Shown: piece by piece, positions 43,607 through 55,228 of the stretch | Numbering within the stretch: the stretch's first letter is position 1 | How the letters are laid out: each line of letters begins with the position of its first letter | Source: Monocercomonoides exilis PA203 | Lineage: Eukaryota; Protista; Preaxostyla | Length of the DNA: 64,000 nucleotides | Direction: 5' to 3' | Assembly: GCA_001643675.2 (NCBI GenBank) | Contig: LSRY02000077.1 | Coordinates: 1-64,000, forward strand | Program-made: the position numbers and the translations under genes | Notes under the pieces: model-generated | What the model was told of the DNA's origin: nothing | The model's database searches: none | The model's input: only the letters and a program-made list of their open reading frames with translations

Positions 43607-46600
43607 ATGCGTTGGAGTTTCATTTTCGTTATATATTACGTATGCTTAGCTGAAGATGTTACAGATGCATACGTTTCTGATGATGGGAATGGATTTTGTA
43701 CATCGGAAGCACAACCTTGCAAAACATTTGAAGAAGCACTTGCCGCGATGGATGAATGGAACAACCACAAATTGACAATTAATGTTGTTGGATATATCAC
43801 TTTACACAGAGATGTAATATTACATGCGCTCGAGTCAGGAATGGAAATTTGTTCATCGTCGAATTCTCTTTCAAAAATAATTTTGCCTGAAGTTATAAAA
43901 CACGAAGGTTCAAATTATTATCCAATTCAAAATGAAGGGTTTTTAGCGTTAAGAAATATTGATATAAATCAGCAACCAGTTATGTATGATGAAGAAAAAA
44001 GGAAAAAGAATGGAGTTTTACATTCTCGGTATTATTTTTCCATGACGGACTGTAAATTATCATTTAATAACCCTGATGATGCAGTCATTGAAACATGCAA
44101 TTTTTGTGTTGAAGGACAATTCACATTATCAAGATTAACAATAGATAAAGCAAATGGACACACATTTTCTCGATCCATGTTTGAAAGCTCAATAAATTAT
44201 TGTCAAACGATAGACATCACAAACTGTGTATTTTCTGACATGACATTTAAGCAAGGACGATTCATTTCTCTGGAAAGCGAAACGATTTCCGTGACAAACT
44301 GTAGTTTTAAAAACGTTACAAGTTTAGGAAGGTGGACATCTATCATTTTAAATAGTTGTACAGACAAAAATTCACAACTGACATTAATGATAGATAACAT
44401 GACAGTGGAAAATGTCAATGCACCGAACGCAGAAGAAGGAGGTGGAATGGCAATTGGGCTTGATCCAGGATCCTTGTTAACTGTGAAAGGATCGCAGACG
44501 TTGTTCAAGAGTTGTGGTTGCGATACAACGAAGACAGGAAAAGGAGGAGGCATTTACGTTGAAGGAGATTTAGATGTTGAGCTGATGTTTGAAAAGGAGA
44601 TCAAATTCGATGATAATCATGCATTTTTGGGTACAAACATATTTATATTCAACATGTCACTGGAAACGGTCGTTCAAAAAGATCATTTTCTGTTTGCAGC
44701 AGATGACAACGGAGTGTTTTCTTGGAAGGAAAACGAGCTGATGGGCACCAAATACTCACCAAAAACGCAGTTTATTGAAGACTTTTATGATTATTCTGCT
44801 GAGGATGAAATTCTGAATTTGTTCATGTTTTTAAGTGGGTTAAAGAGCAGAAATATCTATCTTTCGCAAAACGGAAAAGATCACATTTATTGCGGATTAA
44901 CAGTTTATCCATGTGAAAGCATTGCATTTAGCACTTCTCAATTTGACATAAAGAATACAAATTCTAAAACTCTTCATTTACCAGCATATAAAACTACACA
45001 TTTGAGTAAAGCAGTTTTGCTGGAAAAGGAATTAAGCTCCGTGGCCTTTTCTGTTGCTGGAGTATTCAGTCAATCCAATAATGAGCAAATGGCAGAGATA
45101 AATATAATGCAAAGTATTGAAGCGCTTTCCGATGCAGAACGTGGCAGTGTGAATTGCCATTGCACCACTTCGTTTCACTCAATTCAGTTTGACTTGCCTG
45201 ATAAGTTCATTTCAACTGCCGTTTTACCCACGTCTGTGATTAGCTGGATGTTTGACTCACATTCTGCGTATCTTTTTCTGGACAAATGTTCAATATGTGC
45301 TCCTGAGAATGTTTTGAAGCCTTTGGAATACAGATTTTTGTGCGGAGAAGGAGGAAGCGTAAAGATTGTTGATACTCAGATGATTGGAAAAGATGAGTCG
45401 AAGATTACGACGAGGTGGGAAGAGAGCCCTTTTCTGATTAGCAAAATGAGCGGTGATTTAACAATAAGCGGATTGACAATGGAAAGAATTGAAGTAATAG
45501 ATGGAGCATGTGTGAGTGTTACGAGTGGTGGAGAAAGCAGCGAATTGAAGGTGAGCATCGCCAACTCATCTTTTAAGTCAATCACAAGCACATGCGGGAG
45601 AGAAGGAGGCGCGTTGAGCATTAAGCTAAACGAAGAAAATGCAGCTTTTCAGTTAAAAGGAAATGACGCAACTTCTTTCACGTCTTGTGCAGCAGAAGGC
45701 TGCCAATCAAAAGGAGGAGGGCTGTTTCTCGAGATGACTGGAGAAAACTCGCTTTTTCAAGTGCCGAAGTCATCTTCTTTTGTCGTGTTTGGAAAAGGGA
45801 ACAGAGCGACATTTGGAACAGGAATGTATTTTGTGTGGGATAACCTGCAGACGAAAAAAGAGGATCTTACTCCACTCGGAGAAGGTCTTACCGCAGCAGA
45901 AAACGTTGTCGCAGTGTGCGACAGAGGAGCTATGGAAAAAGAACTGGATCTGTTTGTTTATCTGAAAGTGGTTGATGACGCTGCGAAAAGCGATGAAGTG
46001 TATGCGGGAAAAAGCGACAGGGCAGAGTTGTGTCTTGTTGCTGAGTATCCGTGTCATCTTGTTTCGTCAGCGATGAAGCGCTTTGCAGCAGACGACAAAC
46101 AGAAGAGAATAATTGTCTGTGGAGAAGTGGAAATTGAGACTGATCTTACTTGGGGAAGCACTACAAACAAGGAAATCGTGATTTCTTCGCTTCCATTCAA
46201 TGAAGAACTTACAAGAAACGTTAACCAGAGTCATTTTACAAATGCACAAAGCTCAAGGAAATCACAGAAAAACAATCAATTTGAAAGAAGCAGAATGGTT
46301 TTAACTGCAAATGCTGCTGTGAAAGCGCAAGGGGATGCTGCTGTTAAGAACACACACACATTAACGATTGAACACATAACATTTCTGATTAATGAGATGA
46401 AGAGAGATTTTCATCCTTCGTGCTTAATTTCCTCTGACAACGCAATGACTGTGTCAATGCTGCAATCAACAGACAGAGAGAATGTTTCAGAGCTTTCTAG
46501 TCAAAGCGACTGTTCTGTCTCATTGACAGATGTGTATGTATTGGGCGATGTTGGAACAGAACGGGTGACGACTTTGAACAGCTTGCTTGAGATTAATTCT

Positions 46601-49600
46601 GGAAGTCTTTTGATTTCCGGGCTGCAGATTTCGACTCAGTTTACGTTTGCCAAATCTCCAATTTCACTTGCTGATTTGTTGATATTGGCGAAAATAACTG
46701 CACTGAAAATAGGAACAGAAGCTTCTTCCTCACCTTCTGCAGCATTTGGAGATAATAACGACAACTATCTGATTGTGCAGGAAGGTCCACTTATCGAAAT
46801 TAACCGCAACACAATCAACATGAACGGAGATTTCTCTTTCATCGAGTCTGCAAATGGACCAGCGCTTATTAACATTGGAAGGGATGGGCATGCCATTGTA
46901 TCGAACAGCCACATTAAGCGATGTCTCAATGGAGCAGCAAGCGATGGCAAAGGAGGAGTGTTTGGGGTGAGCTTGATTGGCGAGCTTGTACTCCGAAATA
47001 CGACATTTGAAAGCTGCGGAATGAAAGGCGAAGGAGGCTGGGGAGGCGCTATTTATGTGACAGGAAGTGCTGAACTGGAGCTTCATTCGTGTATTATCAA
47101 GGATTGCTTCACTGGAAAAGGCGGAAAAGGTTGTGGAGGAGGGCTGTTCATCGATAAAGATCTCAGCGAATTTGTGAGCGAGGACACAATCATCAGCGGA
47201 TGCACCACTTATGGCGGATGTGGAGGAGGAATTTATGCGAATGCGAAGGCTGAGGGAAATCTGGTTCAAGCTCAGATCAAAATGACATTTGAAGGAAATG
47301 GGAGAGAAGAAGAGGATGCCACTGCGAAAGGGAAAGACATTTTTATAAGCGACACACATGCGACCGAGATGACAGCAGAAGCAAATCCGTTTTATTTGTG
47401 CGGCACAAGCGAAGTTGGAAGAAAAGTTTATTATTCGAACTTGGCGATTGAGCCAGCGGTGGAAAAGGAGGAGGAAGGATGGCTCGGCTACGATATCCGG
47501 AAGAGGAAAGTGAACACGAATGAAGGAACAACCGATGCGAATTGTGGATTATCCAACGAACAGCCTTGCAAAACGATCAAAACAGCAATAGACCTGTTTC
47601 CAACACAAGTCGGAGCTGGCGATGATGCTGAGAAGACTGTTGAACTTTCTGAAGAAAGCGATGAAAGTGAGAAGGAGACGATTCTTGTAAGCAAAAAGAA
47701 AGTTGCAATTGAAGGCAAACTAAGAGAAGATCGGAGAATTGCTTCAATAATTATCACAAACCTCGAAGTCGCAGGCACATTATTCGCAATTGATACAGAC
47801 GGTACATTGAACTTGAAGGACGTTCAAATAACACACAATTCAAAACACGAAGAGAATTGCCAGTCTTCTTTATTTCAAGTGAATGAAGGCTCACAACGAG
47901 CGAACCTGATTCTTCAGAACATTCAGATATCGACAGAAGCAGTTTACAGCCTAAACAAGCATTTCACAGCTTCTCTTATAAAGTCTTACAGTGGAAAAGT
48001 TCGAATTTCTGATATTTCTATAAGCACATTCGGTTTGGAACAGCCGGCTATAAGCATCGTCGGTGCAACTTCTTCACTTGTCATTGGGGGAAATACAACT
48101 TTAAAGTTCATAAGTCAGCCAACAACCGATTCACCGGCTGGCATTCTTATTAACACAGGCGATGAGCCTATTGATGTAGCAATTGAAGGCATAAGCATTG
48201 TTGATGCAAATGCGCCTGCTTCGACAAAAGGAGGCGGCATTTGTGTTTTTCTTAGCGATGAAAGCAGCTCATTTCATCTGTGTCATGAGGAAGCAATCAG
48301 CTCAAAAGAGAAAGTTACTTTGAGCGGATGTCGAGTGTCAGGTGAAGCAGGAAAAGGAGGGTGCATTTTCCTTTCAATGAAGCAGAGTGTGGATGTGAAG
48401 TTTCCAAAGTACAAAGCAAATATCCTTTTTGACTCGGAAGGAGATGTGAAAAGCGATGCGTTTAAAGGGAAGTATTTGTTTTTTGAAGCAAAAAGCTTGT
48501 TGAACTGCATTAACAATGAAAAATTTGGCTTTTTGATCGAAGATTACGAAACATACGGCGACTGGCCAAATTTGATTGGACTCGACGAAGCAGAATTTGT
48601 GAATGAAGAAATAGAATTGTTCAGACTCATCTTTGCGACAGCTGAAAATGTTATTAAAATAAATGCGAAAGACGGCAAAGATGTGACATGGTGCGGAGGC
48701 GAGCGAAACTGCAAGAGCTTTTCTTATGGAGTCAGTCGCTTAGATTTCGAATCTGCCAATCCTTCTCTATTTCTGTTGGGAAGTAATCCGTTTCCCGTCT
48801 CTGAGCAGCTTGTCTGCAAAGGCAGTGAAGGAAACCTCAAAATTTGTGGCGACAGTTCGTCTGACGCGAAAGCGAATCTTGTTTTTGCAGCTGAATTTTC
48901 GTTGTCTGCTAAAGAAGATGATTCGAAAGAGAGCTGCATTTTGTTTGAGTCAGGCACTGAGCTTGAAAACATCATTGCTTCGGTGCCTGAGATGTTTATG
49001 ACGGACGATCTGGAACAGCCACAGGCTATTTTTGAGCTGAGAGGCACTTCTGGATGCCTGAAGCTGAACAAGGTGACTTTTACTCAGAGGGACAGCAAAA
49101 CGGAAAGGGAATTATTTGGCAGTCATATTTTAAGGAAAGACCTCTCAATGAAAACGATCCATTCAACAACTGATCTTGGATCTGAATATCGTTTGGTGCT
49201 AATAAACGACGGTTCTGCGGAATTTGTTGAGGTGAAGCTGGAAAAGCCAGAAACCAAAGATTTTTTGCTCTTTCAATCGTCTCCATTCTTCTTTTCTGTG
49301 AGCAGCGGAGGACATTGCACTCTTTCCAGCTGCACATTCAGTGGAATCAAAATTACAGTTGAAAGAGAAGCTGTTGTTGAGATGAAGTCATGCGAAGGCG
49401 CCACAAATGGAGCAACATTTACAATCAGAAAATGCACATTTACCGAATGCGTTTCGAGCAAAGGAGTAGAAGGAGGAGCGTTGAGCATCAAGTCTTCTTT
49501 AGACACTTCCAGAATCAGATTTCTGGATGATGGGCCAACATCGTTTGCCAATTGTCAAGCAGAAGAGAATGAAGGACGTGGAGGCGGACTGTATATTTTC

Positions 49601-52600
49601 TTACACTCAAATGAAGAACCTTTTGGAGGAGTGGAGTTTCCCAAGAAGAAGGAGAACTTTGTGATTGAAGGCAACTGCAATGCTCATGAAGGGAAAGGAA
49701 TATTTCTTGACGTGAGCGATCTTTCAGCCACAGTCAAGAAAGAGAACTTTGCCTTTGCTGAGCTGATTGATAAGGCACAGAGGGAGTCATTGCTGTACGG
49801 AAGAGATGATAGCGTATTCACCGACAAGCCAATTGATTTGTACTCATTCCTGTTGGATGAATATTTCAGCGACGTAATCTTTTTGAAAGGAGAGAATGTG
49901 GATGCACAACAAGCACTCACATCTTCGCAAGCTTCGTTTGCATTCTGCGGACATTTCAATGCTCCGTGCAAGTCATTCGGCGAAGGAACGAAACATTTTC
50001 CAAAGGACTCGCAAAGAAACAGATTAGTCATTGAGAAGAAAGCATTTGCAGAATACACCTATTTTTGGACAAAGTTTGATGAACTTTTCGTAAGCGGTGA
50101 ACCCGAAACATTCTTCAAGAAAACGGATTTAACAGAAAACGAATGTTCTGCAATTGAAGATGATAATCAATATGGCATACTTGATTTTCCTTCGTCACTC
50201 ACAACAGAAAACGACTATCAAGCTGTGATGTCTTTTGATTACCCCATCACTTTCTCACATTTGGTTGTCTCGTTTCCACCATCGTTCAAAGCAGACACTT
50301 CTTTCGGGGGCAATGCTTGCAGAGAAGAAAATCATTCATTCAAAGGCAACCAACAAGCAGGCTTTGTACCGAGAGGTTTGTATTTTTGCAATGGCGCTGG
50401 AACAAATGGCAAAATCTCCTTTGAATTCTGCACATTCCAGCTATCTTCAGCTCCAACAAGTGAATTGAATTATTATATCATATCTTCTACTTCTGGAATG
50501 ATTTCGTTTAAAGATGTTATATTTGATGGAGCGCAACAAGCAACGAAATATGTATCTGAATCACCAAACATCAATTCCCATGCCAATGGTGATGAGAAAT
50601 TTGTACTATTTAATCTGTCTCCGATTCGATTAGGGGGAGACGACATCACTGGAATATTAATAAGCAATTCGTTGTTTTCGCACATCTCAATCGCACAGGG
50701 ACCTCTTTTTTATTTGGAGCGTTTGCAAAGTGCTGTCTTTGAAAACAACATTTTTACGTCCATATGCCGGAATGGTGATGAAGAGATGGAACCCCCAAAA
50801 ATTGGCGGAAGCATAATCGATGTTGTCGAGCAGAAAGCAGAATATTTTATTACTATAAGCGGAACGCAATTTTCTCAATGTACATCTCCTCTTTCAAAAC
50901 AAGGTGGTGCAATTTCAATTGAATCACCAAAGAGTTACGTTGGAAATATTCTAAAGATCGACAAAGGATCATCGTTTGAGAAATGCGCATGCAACAAAGA
51001 CGAAGGAAGAGGCGGAGCCATCTCGTTTTATTATTCAGCTTTGCAAGATGTAACTTTTAGCAAATTGCAATTTGAAGATACAAACGAAGCGAAAATCGGA
51101 AAGAACATTTGGGTTGGATTTTCTACTTTTGACATGAACAAATTACGAAATGCGTTTTACGGTCTGAGAAAGTTTGACAGATACGAAGGAGCAGAAAACG
51201 AATATGCGATTAGCATTGAAGGAGCTGAAGCACTGGAGACAGATTTAATTCCTATTTTGAATCTCAATAGGATGACAGTGGCGTATGTATCGAATGACGG
51301 GAACGACGATTCTGAATTGTGTGGAATAAAAGTGCTGCCATGCAAAACAGTTATGAAGGCTCATTCAGTGCTTTCACACAGCATTGAAGACAGATACTCG
51401 ACGCTGAAATTGCTGAGCCGAACAGTTCTTTCGGAGAATATTGTTGCGAGACAACAAATAGTTACTGTTATCGAATCTGCCGACGAGCGCAGGAAAGAAA
51501 TTGCGGAGATCCCAGCAAACATGAACAGATTCGGGGCTGAGTTTCAAGTGGTCAATATTCTCCTTGTCAGAAACATAGAATTCATTTGTGGAGCAAAGAA
51601 TGAAAACAGCAACGATAGCAAAGCAACATATTCATCAAAAGAAGTCGAGAATGATAATGAAATGCTTATCCAGTCATATTATGACGCTGCCTTTTTGATT
51701 CACAACATTCAAGATGCGAAATTAGCAAGACTATCGCTGGTAAGCTGCACTTTTACAGCAGGCGCTGATATGATTAAGATAAAGAACAATTTGATATGTG
51801 TGGATGGAGGAGAGCTTGATATGGATGATGTTTTGTTTGATGGAATGGGTTTGGATTGCAATTCAGCAATATGCGTTGCATATGGCGGGGAAGTCGCACT
51901 CACTGGCGTTACGATAAAGAATTGTGTTTTCGTTAAGTATGTTATTGGATTGTATCCAAATAGCAGATGCAAACTTTTGAGGTGCCTGTTTTCTTCGTTA
52001 TTGCTAACATACAATTCTGTTGTCGAAACTTTCGTTGAGCAAAATGCAAACAAGGATGCAGAGGAAAAACATAATATTGAATTTGACGATTGCGAATGGA
52101 GAAATATCACAGGATATTCTTGTTTGAGCTATTCAAGCAAGAGCAGAAATGGAGAAATAAAACTGACGAAATGTTCATTCTCTTATTGCGATTCTAAGAT
52201 GAGATATGGTATCATTTTTATTTCATCTTATCAGACAAACATTATTACATTGAATAGAATTACGATGTTTAATTGCTTATGCAATGTTGGAGGAGCTGTG
52301 TATATTTCTCTGCTTGAGCAGGACTCACTTGAAAGTCCACCTCTTTTGCAATCACCAGTTTTTTCATCGAAGTTAACAAACGAGCAACAAGGTAATGAAG
52401 AGAGCATAATATTTCATAATTGTTTGTTCATTGGAAATATCAGTGATTCCCTTGTTTGCCATGTGTGCTTATGTGATTCAAGAAAAGACTTCATTAAAAA
52501 TACAGTATTTGACGATTTGTGCTACAGTAGCTCGAAAACAGAATCAGTTTATCTGGATGTGAAAGTAGACCCATCGCAAAGCGGATGGAAAGACAATTGG

Positions 52601-55228
52601 ATGCAATATGACACATTAGAACGATTTGTGGACGAAAAGAAGGGGGCTGACTCAGAAGGGTGTGGGAGAACGAAGGCTAATCCGTGCAAGACAATTGGAT
52701 CAGCTATTGATGAAAGCTCAAATCTTTCTCAAAAGAAGTTAATTTTGATGGGAAAAGAATTCATTCTCAAAAGCACACTCCACACGAAGGAGAGCATTAT
52801 TGAAATATTCTCGTTGCCTGCAAACGAAATGGAAGCTGAGAGCAAAACGAGAATTTTGGGAGAATCAAATGAAAATGACTTTGCAATGTTCGACATATCA
52901 AGCGGTGGGAAAATGCATTTCAAAGATCTGTGCTTAGTGAACGACGCTGACAAAATTACAGGAGCAGGGGTATCGAAGATCATCTCGTTGACAGACGAAG
53001 GCGAAGAGGTCAGTCTTGAGTCATGCGACATTTCTGGGGAAAATACAAAAGAAAAAGTGCTCACAACAATTCTTGTACATATTTCATGTGGAACACTCAA
53101 AATGTCTTCTGTGAACGTGCGTTTTGATGGTGGAGATACAACACGTCCTGCGATTGTTTGCGAAGAATGCGTTAAGTCCATCATATGGTCAGGCGGATCA
53201 ATGACAGATGTGAACAAAAAAGGAGACACAGTGCAAAGAGGAAGTGCACTTTATATTGACGGGAGAAATGCAAAGTCTATCATATCGGTGTCTTTGAAGA
53301 ACATCATATTTGATAACTGCGTTACAAGCGAAAGCGACTGTGGAGGAGCAGTTACACTTTTTGTTGCAGATAACAAGAGCTTAACTGTTCTTCATTCTTT
53401 GAAGTTTAAAAAATGCGGTTCGGATGATGAGGCAAAAGGAAAAGGAGGAGGATTATACGTTTCATTTGAAGAATTTACTTCAAGCAATTTTCCAATTTCG
53501 TTCAATTTAATTTCATTCGAAGATTGTTCAGCTGCTGTTGGGAAGGATTTGGCGATTCAAAACGAGAAAGGGATGGACGGAATAACTTCCAGCTTATTTA
53601 ACGTCGATTTTGAAGAGTTGTACCACAAAGAAAATTTATTTGTTGTTATCGATGGAGCTGGAAAGGCACACGATTTGCTGAGCGGCCCTGATGCTTTGCC
53701 TTATTCATCAAGTAAGATTTATATGTCTTACAGCACTGGCACAAATAAGAATGACTGTGGAATGCAGAATTGGGAATGCAAGACCATCGAATATGGTATA
53801 CAGAAGCTGTCGCAAAATGAAGACAACGAGTGCTTCTTGATTTTGGAGACAGACACAGAGCTGGATGCGCTTTGCAGGTTTGTCAAAGGGATGACTTTGC
53901 AAGCATCTGAAGAAGCTGAGCGAAAAGTCATCAAAGTTGCAAATATTGATCAGAAGGCAAGGTCACATGTATTTTATGCTGAGGCGACTGGGAAAATGAA
54001 AGATTTGGCAATAGAGTATACGAATGAAGTGATATTTTATTGTAAATCTCTTATAACGATCACCAGTGCTCATTTCTCGATGATTCGCATAAGTATCCTT
54101 CCGACAGGAGAGATTAATAATCTCCGTTCAGCATCTTTGCTTGATGTTTCTAAATCAAACATGCTACTGAATGACTGCCAGTTCGCGGGATTGAAGCAAG
54201 AAAGCTACGAAAGCGCTTTTGTCAGGCAATTAGCTGAAAATAAAAATAAAATAGAAACAGAAAATAATAAAATGAAAAACAAAAGTCTTTTTGATACAAA
54301 TATGGACGAGTGCGCTTGGAGTGAAGGGCAAGTCTCATTTCAAAATTCAGATGTTACTCTGAACAATGTGACAATTGAAAGATCATACCAATCCGGCGGA
54401 CTTTCACTCATTCAATGCGGTGCCGTGAGATTGAGGGACTGTCTGTTCCGAGAAAATGGTGCTGATATCTCGTCGAATCCTTCTTTCCCTTCGATCAGAC
54501 GAAACATCATGTGCGAGGCCAGTAGTCAGGTTCATTCTTCAGTCGAACTTGAGAGCTTGCAGGACGAAAGCGACGGGAAGAAAGAAGGGACGATGCTGTG
54601 GATGTACAATTCAGCATCTGATTTGGCTTGCCACGTCAGCGGAAAGGTTGCGTATTCGATGAAATCTTTGCTTTTCACGCCTTCGATTGAATCTGTTGAA
54701 GCGAAAGAAGAAGAAAGAAGGCTTCATGTAACTGTAGGAGGAAAATTGCTTCTTCCTTGTTTCTCGTATGTCTGCTTTGTCGGATATAATGACACAACAT
54801 GGAGCGAATATGCTGTTGATAATTTAAAACAGGAATCAGAAGACAAGTTTTTATTTAGCATCAATCTTCAATACTTCATAGCCAAATATTTCACTGTCAA
54901 GTTCTATTACAACATAAACAACGAACGAATTTTCATCGAGAGCAATGTACCTTGGAACAACACACACATCGATCCTCCAATCGTTGGCCCTCAAAATTCT
55001 TCAAATGTCCCATTGATTGTTGGCTTGTCTGTTGGCGGAACTGTTGTCGTAATTGCGTCTATTGTGATTATTGTGATCTGCTGCAGAAAATACAGAAAGA
55101 ATTCTTCAAAGTATCAATCTATTAATGGAGTGAGCACAAATCTGCCTTCATATTTTCCTCATCATGAAGAATCTGGCGCAATTCAATATCAGTCTATCAC
55201 TTCTTCTCCGAGATCGCTTTATTATTAA
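43607..55228 (+). CDS. Giant type I membrane surface protein with repeated Cys/GG[AG]I (pectin-lyase-like beta-helix) modules
   Basis: Single ORF of ~3,870 aa with signal peptide MRWSFIFVIYYVCLA, nine C-x(5-7)-C module heads (mostly CG....PCKT/S), many GGGI/GGAL/GGAI motifs, a TM helix LIVGLSVGGTVVVIASIVIIVICC followed by RKYRK, and a short cytosolic tail. Confidence 0.9.
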   Translation: MRWSFIFVIYYVCLAEDVTDAYVSDDGNGFCTSEAQPCKTFEEALAAMDEWNNHKLTINVVGYITLHRDVILHALESGMEICSSSNSLSKIILPEVIKHEGSNYYPIQNEGFLALRNIDINQQPVMYDEEKRKKNGVLHSRYYFSMTDCKLSFNNPDDAVIETCNFCVEGQFTLSRLTIDKANGHTFSRSMFESSINYCQTIDITNCVFSDMTFKQGRFISLESETISVTNCSFKNVTSLGRWTSIILNSCTDKNSQLTLMIDNMTVENVNAPNAEEGGGMAIGLDPGSLLTVKGSQTLFKSCGCDTTKTGKGGGIYVEGDLDVELMFEKEIKFDDNHAFLGTNIFIFNMSLETVVQKDHFLFAADDNGVFSWKENELMGTKYSPKTQFIEDFYDYSAEDEILNLFMFLSGLKSRNIYLSQNGKDHIYCGLTVYPCESIAFSTSQFDIKNTNSKTLHLPAYKTTHLSKAVLLEKELSSVAFSVAGVFSQSNNEQMAEINIMQSIEALSDAERGSVNCHCTTSFHSIQFDLPDKFISTAVLPTSVISWMFDSHSAYLFLDKCSICAPENVLKPLEYRFLCGEGGSVKIVDTQMIGKDESKITTRWEESPFLISKMSGDLTISGLTMERIEVIDGACVSVTSGGESSELKVSIANSSFKSITSTCGREGGALSIKLNEENAAFQLKGNDATSFTSCAAEGCQSKGGGLFLEMTGENSLFQVPKSSSFVVFGKGNRATFGTGMYFVWDNLQTKKEDLTPLGEGLTAAENVVAVCDRGAMEKELDLFVYLKVVDDAAKSDEVYAGKSDRAELCLVAEYPCHLVSSAMKRFAADDKQKRIIVCGEVEIETDLTWGSTTNKEIVISSLPFNEELTRNVNQSHFTNAQSSRKSQKNNQFERSRMVLTANAAVKAQGDAAVKNTHTLTIEHITFLINEMKRDFHPSCLISSDNAMTVSMLQSTDRENVSELSSQSDCSVSLTDVYVLGDVGTERVTTLNSLLEINSGSLLISGLQISTQFTFAKSPISLADLLILAKITALKIGTEASSSPSAAFGDNNDNYLIVQEGPLIEINRNTINMNGDFSFIESANGPALINIGRDGHAIVSNSHIKRCLNGAASDGKGGVFGVSLIGELVLRNTTFESCGMKGEGGWGGAIYVTGSAELELHSCIIKDCFTGKGGKGCGGGLFIDKDLSEFVSEDTIISGCTTYGGCGGGIYANAKAEGNLVQAQIKMTFEGNGREEEDATAKGKDIFISDTHATEMTAEANPFYLCGTSEVGRKVYYSNLAIEPAVEKEEEGWLGYDIRKRKVNTNEGTTDANCGLSNEQPCKTIKTAIDLFPTQVGAGDDAEKTVELSEESDESEKETILVSKKKVAIEGKLREDRRIASIIITNLEVAGTLFAIDTDGTLNLKDVQITHNSKHEENCQSSLFQVNEGSQRANLILQNIQISTEAVYSLNKHFTASLIKSYSGKVRISDISISTFGLEQPAISIVGATSSLVIGGNTTLKFISQPTTDSPAGILINTGDEPIDVAIEGISIVDANAPASTKGGGICVFLSDESSSFHLCHEEAISSKEKVTLSGCRVSGEAGKGGCIFLSMKQSVDVKFPKYKANILFDSEGDVKSDAFKGKYLFFEAKSLLNCINNEKFGFLIEDYETYGDWPNLIGLDEAEFVNEEIELFRLIFATAENVIKINAKDGKDVTWCGGERNCKSFSYGVSRLDFESANPSLFLLGSNPFPVSEQLVCKGSEGNLKICGDSSSDAKANLVFAAEFSLSAKEDDSKESCILFESGTELENIIASVPEMFMTDDLEQPQAIFELRGTSGCLKLNKVTFTQRDSKTERELFGSHILRKDLSMKTIHSTTDLGSEYRLVLINDGSAEFVEVKLEKPETKDFLLFQSSPFFFSVSSGGHCTLSSCTFSGIKITVEREAVVEMKSCEGATNGATFTIRKCTFTECVSSKGVEGGALSIKSSLDTSRIRFLDDGPTSFANCQAEENEGRGGGLYIFLHSNEEPFGGVEFPKKKENFVIEGNCNAHEGKGIFLDVSDLSATVKKENFAFAELIDKAQRESLLYGRDDSVFTDKPIDLYSFLLDEYFSDVIFLKGENVDAQQALTSSQASFAFCGHFNAPCKSFGEGTKHFPKDSQRNRLVIEKKAFAEYTYFWTKFDELFVSGEPETFFKKTDLTENECSAIEDDNQYGILDFPSSLTTENDYQAVMSFDYPITFSHLVVSFPPSFKADTSFGGNACREENHSFKGNQQAGFVPRGLYFCNGAGTNGKISFEFCTFQLSSAPTSELNYYIISSTSGMISFKDVIFDGAQQATKYVSESPNINSHANGDEKFVLFNLSPIRLGGDDITGILISNSLFSHISIAQGPLFYLERLQSAVFENNIFTSICRNGDEEMEPPKIGGSIIDVVEQKAEYFITISGTQFSQCTSPLSKQGGAISIESPKSYVGNILKIDKGSSFEKCACNKDEGRGGAISFYYSALQDVTFSKLQFEDTNEAKIGKNIWVGFSTFDMNKLRNAFYGLRKFDRYEGAENEYAISIEGAEALETDLIPILNLNRMTVAYVSNDGNDDSELCGIKVLPCKTVMKAHSVLSHSIEDRYSTLKLLSRTVLSENIVARQQIVTVIESADERRKEIAEIPANMNRFGAEFQVVNILLVRNIEFICGAKNENSNDSKATYSSKEVENDNEMLIQSYYDAAFLIHNIQDAKLARLSLVSCTFTAGADMIKIKNNLICVDGGELDMDDVLFDGMGLDCNSAICVAYGGEVALTGVTIKNCVFVKYVIGLYPNSRCKLLRCLFSSLLLTYNSVVETFVEQNANKDAEEKHNIEFDDCEWRNITGYSCLSYSSKSRNGEIKLTKCSFSYCDSKMRYGIIFISSYQTNIITLNRITMFNCLCNVGGAVYISLLEQDSLESPPLLQSPVFSSKLTNEQQGNEESIIFHNCLFIGNISDSLVCHVCLCDSRKDFIKNTVFDDLCYSSSKTESVYLDVKVDPSQSGWKDNWMQYDTLERFVDEKKGADSEGCGRTKANPCKTIGSAIDESSNLSQKKLILMGKEFILKSTLHTKESIIEIFSLPANEMEAESKTRILGESNENDFAMFDISSGGKMHFKDLCLVNDADKITGAGVSKIISLTDEGEEVSLESCDISGENTKEKVLTTILVHISCGTLKMSSVNVRFDGGDTTRPAIVCEECVKSIIWSGGSMTDVNKKGDTVQRGSALYIDGRNAKSIISVSLKNIIFDNCVTSESDCGGAVTLFVADNKSLTVLHSLKFKKCGSDDEAKGKGGGLYVSFEEFTSSNFPISFNLISFEDCSAAVGKDLAIQNEKGMDGITSSLFNVDFEELYHKENLFVVIDGAGKAHDLLSGPDALPYSSSKIYMSYSTGTNKNDCGMQNWECKTIEYGIQKLSQNEDNECFLILETDTELDALCRFVKGMTLQASEEAERKVIKVANIDQKARSHVFYAEATGKMKDLAIEYTNEVIFYCKSLITITSAHFSMIRISILPTGEINNLRSASLLDVSKSNMLLNDCQFAGLKQESYESAFVRQLAENKNKIETENNKMKNKSLFDTNMDECAWSEGQVSFQNSDVTLNNVTIERSYQSGGLSLIQCGAVRLRDCLFRENGADISSNPSFPSIRRNIMCEASSQVHSSVELESLQDESDGKKEGTMLWMYNSASDLACHVSGKVAYSMKSLLFTPSIESVEAKEEERRLHVTVGGKLLLPCFSYVCFVGYNDTTWSEYAVDNLKQESEDKFLFSINLQYFIAKYFTVKFYYNINNERIFIESNVPWNNTHIDPPIVGPQNSSNVPLIVGLSVGGTVVVIASIVIIVICCRKYRKNSSKYQSINGVSTNLPSYFPHHEESGAIQYQSITSSPRSLYY

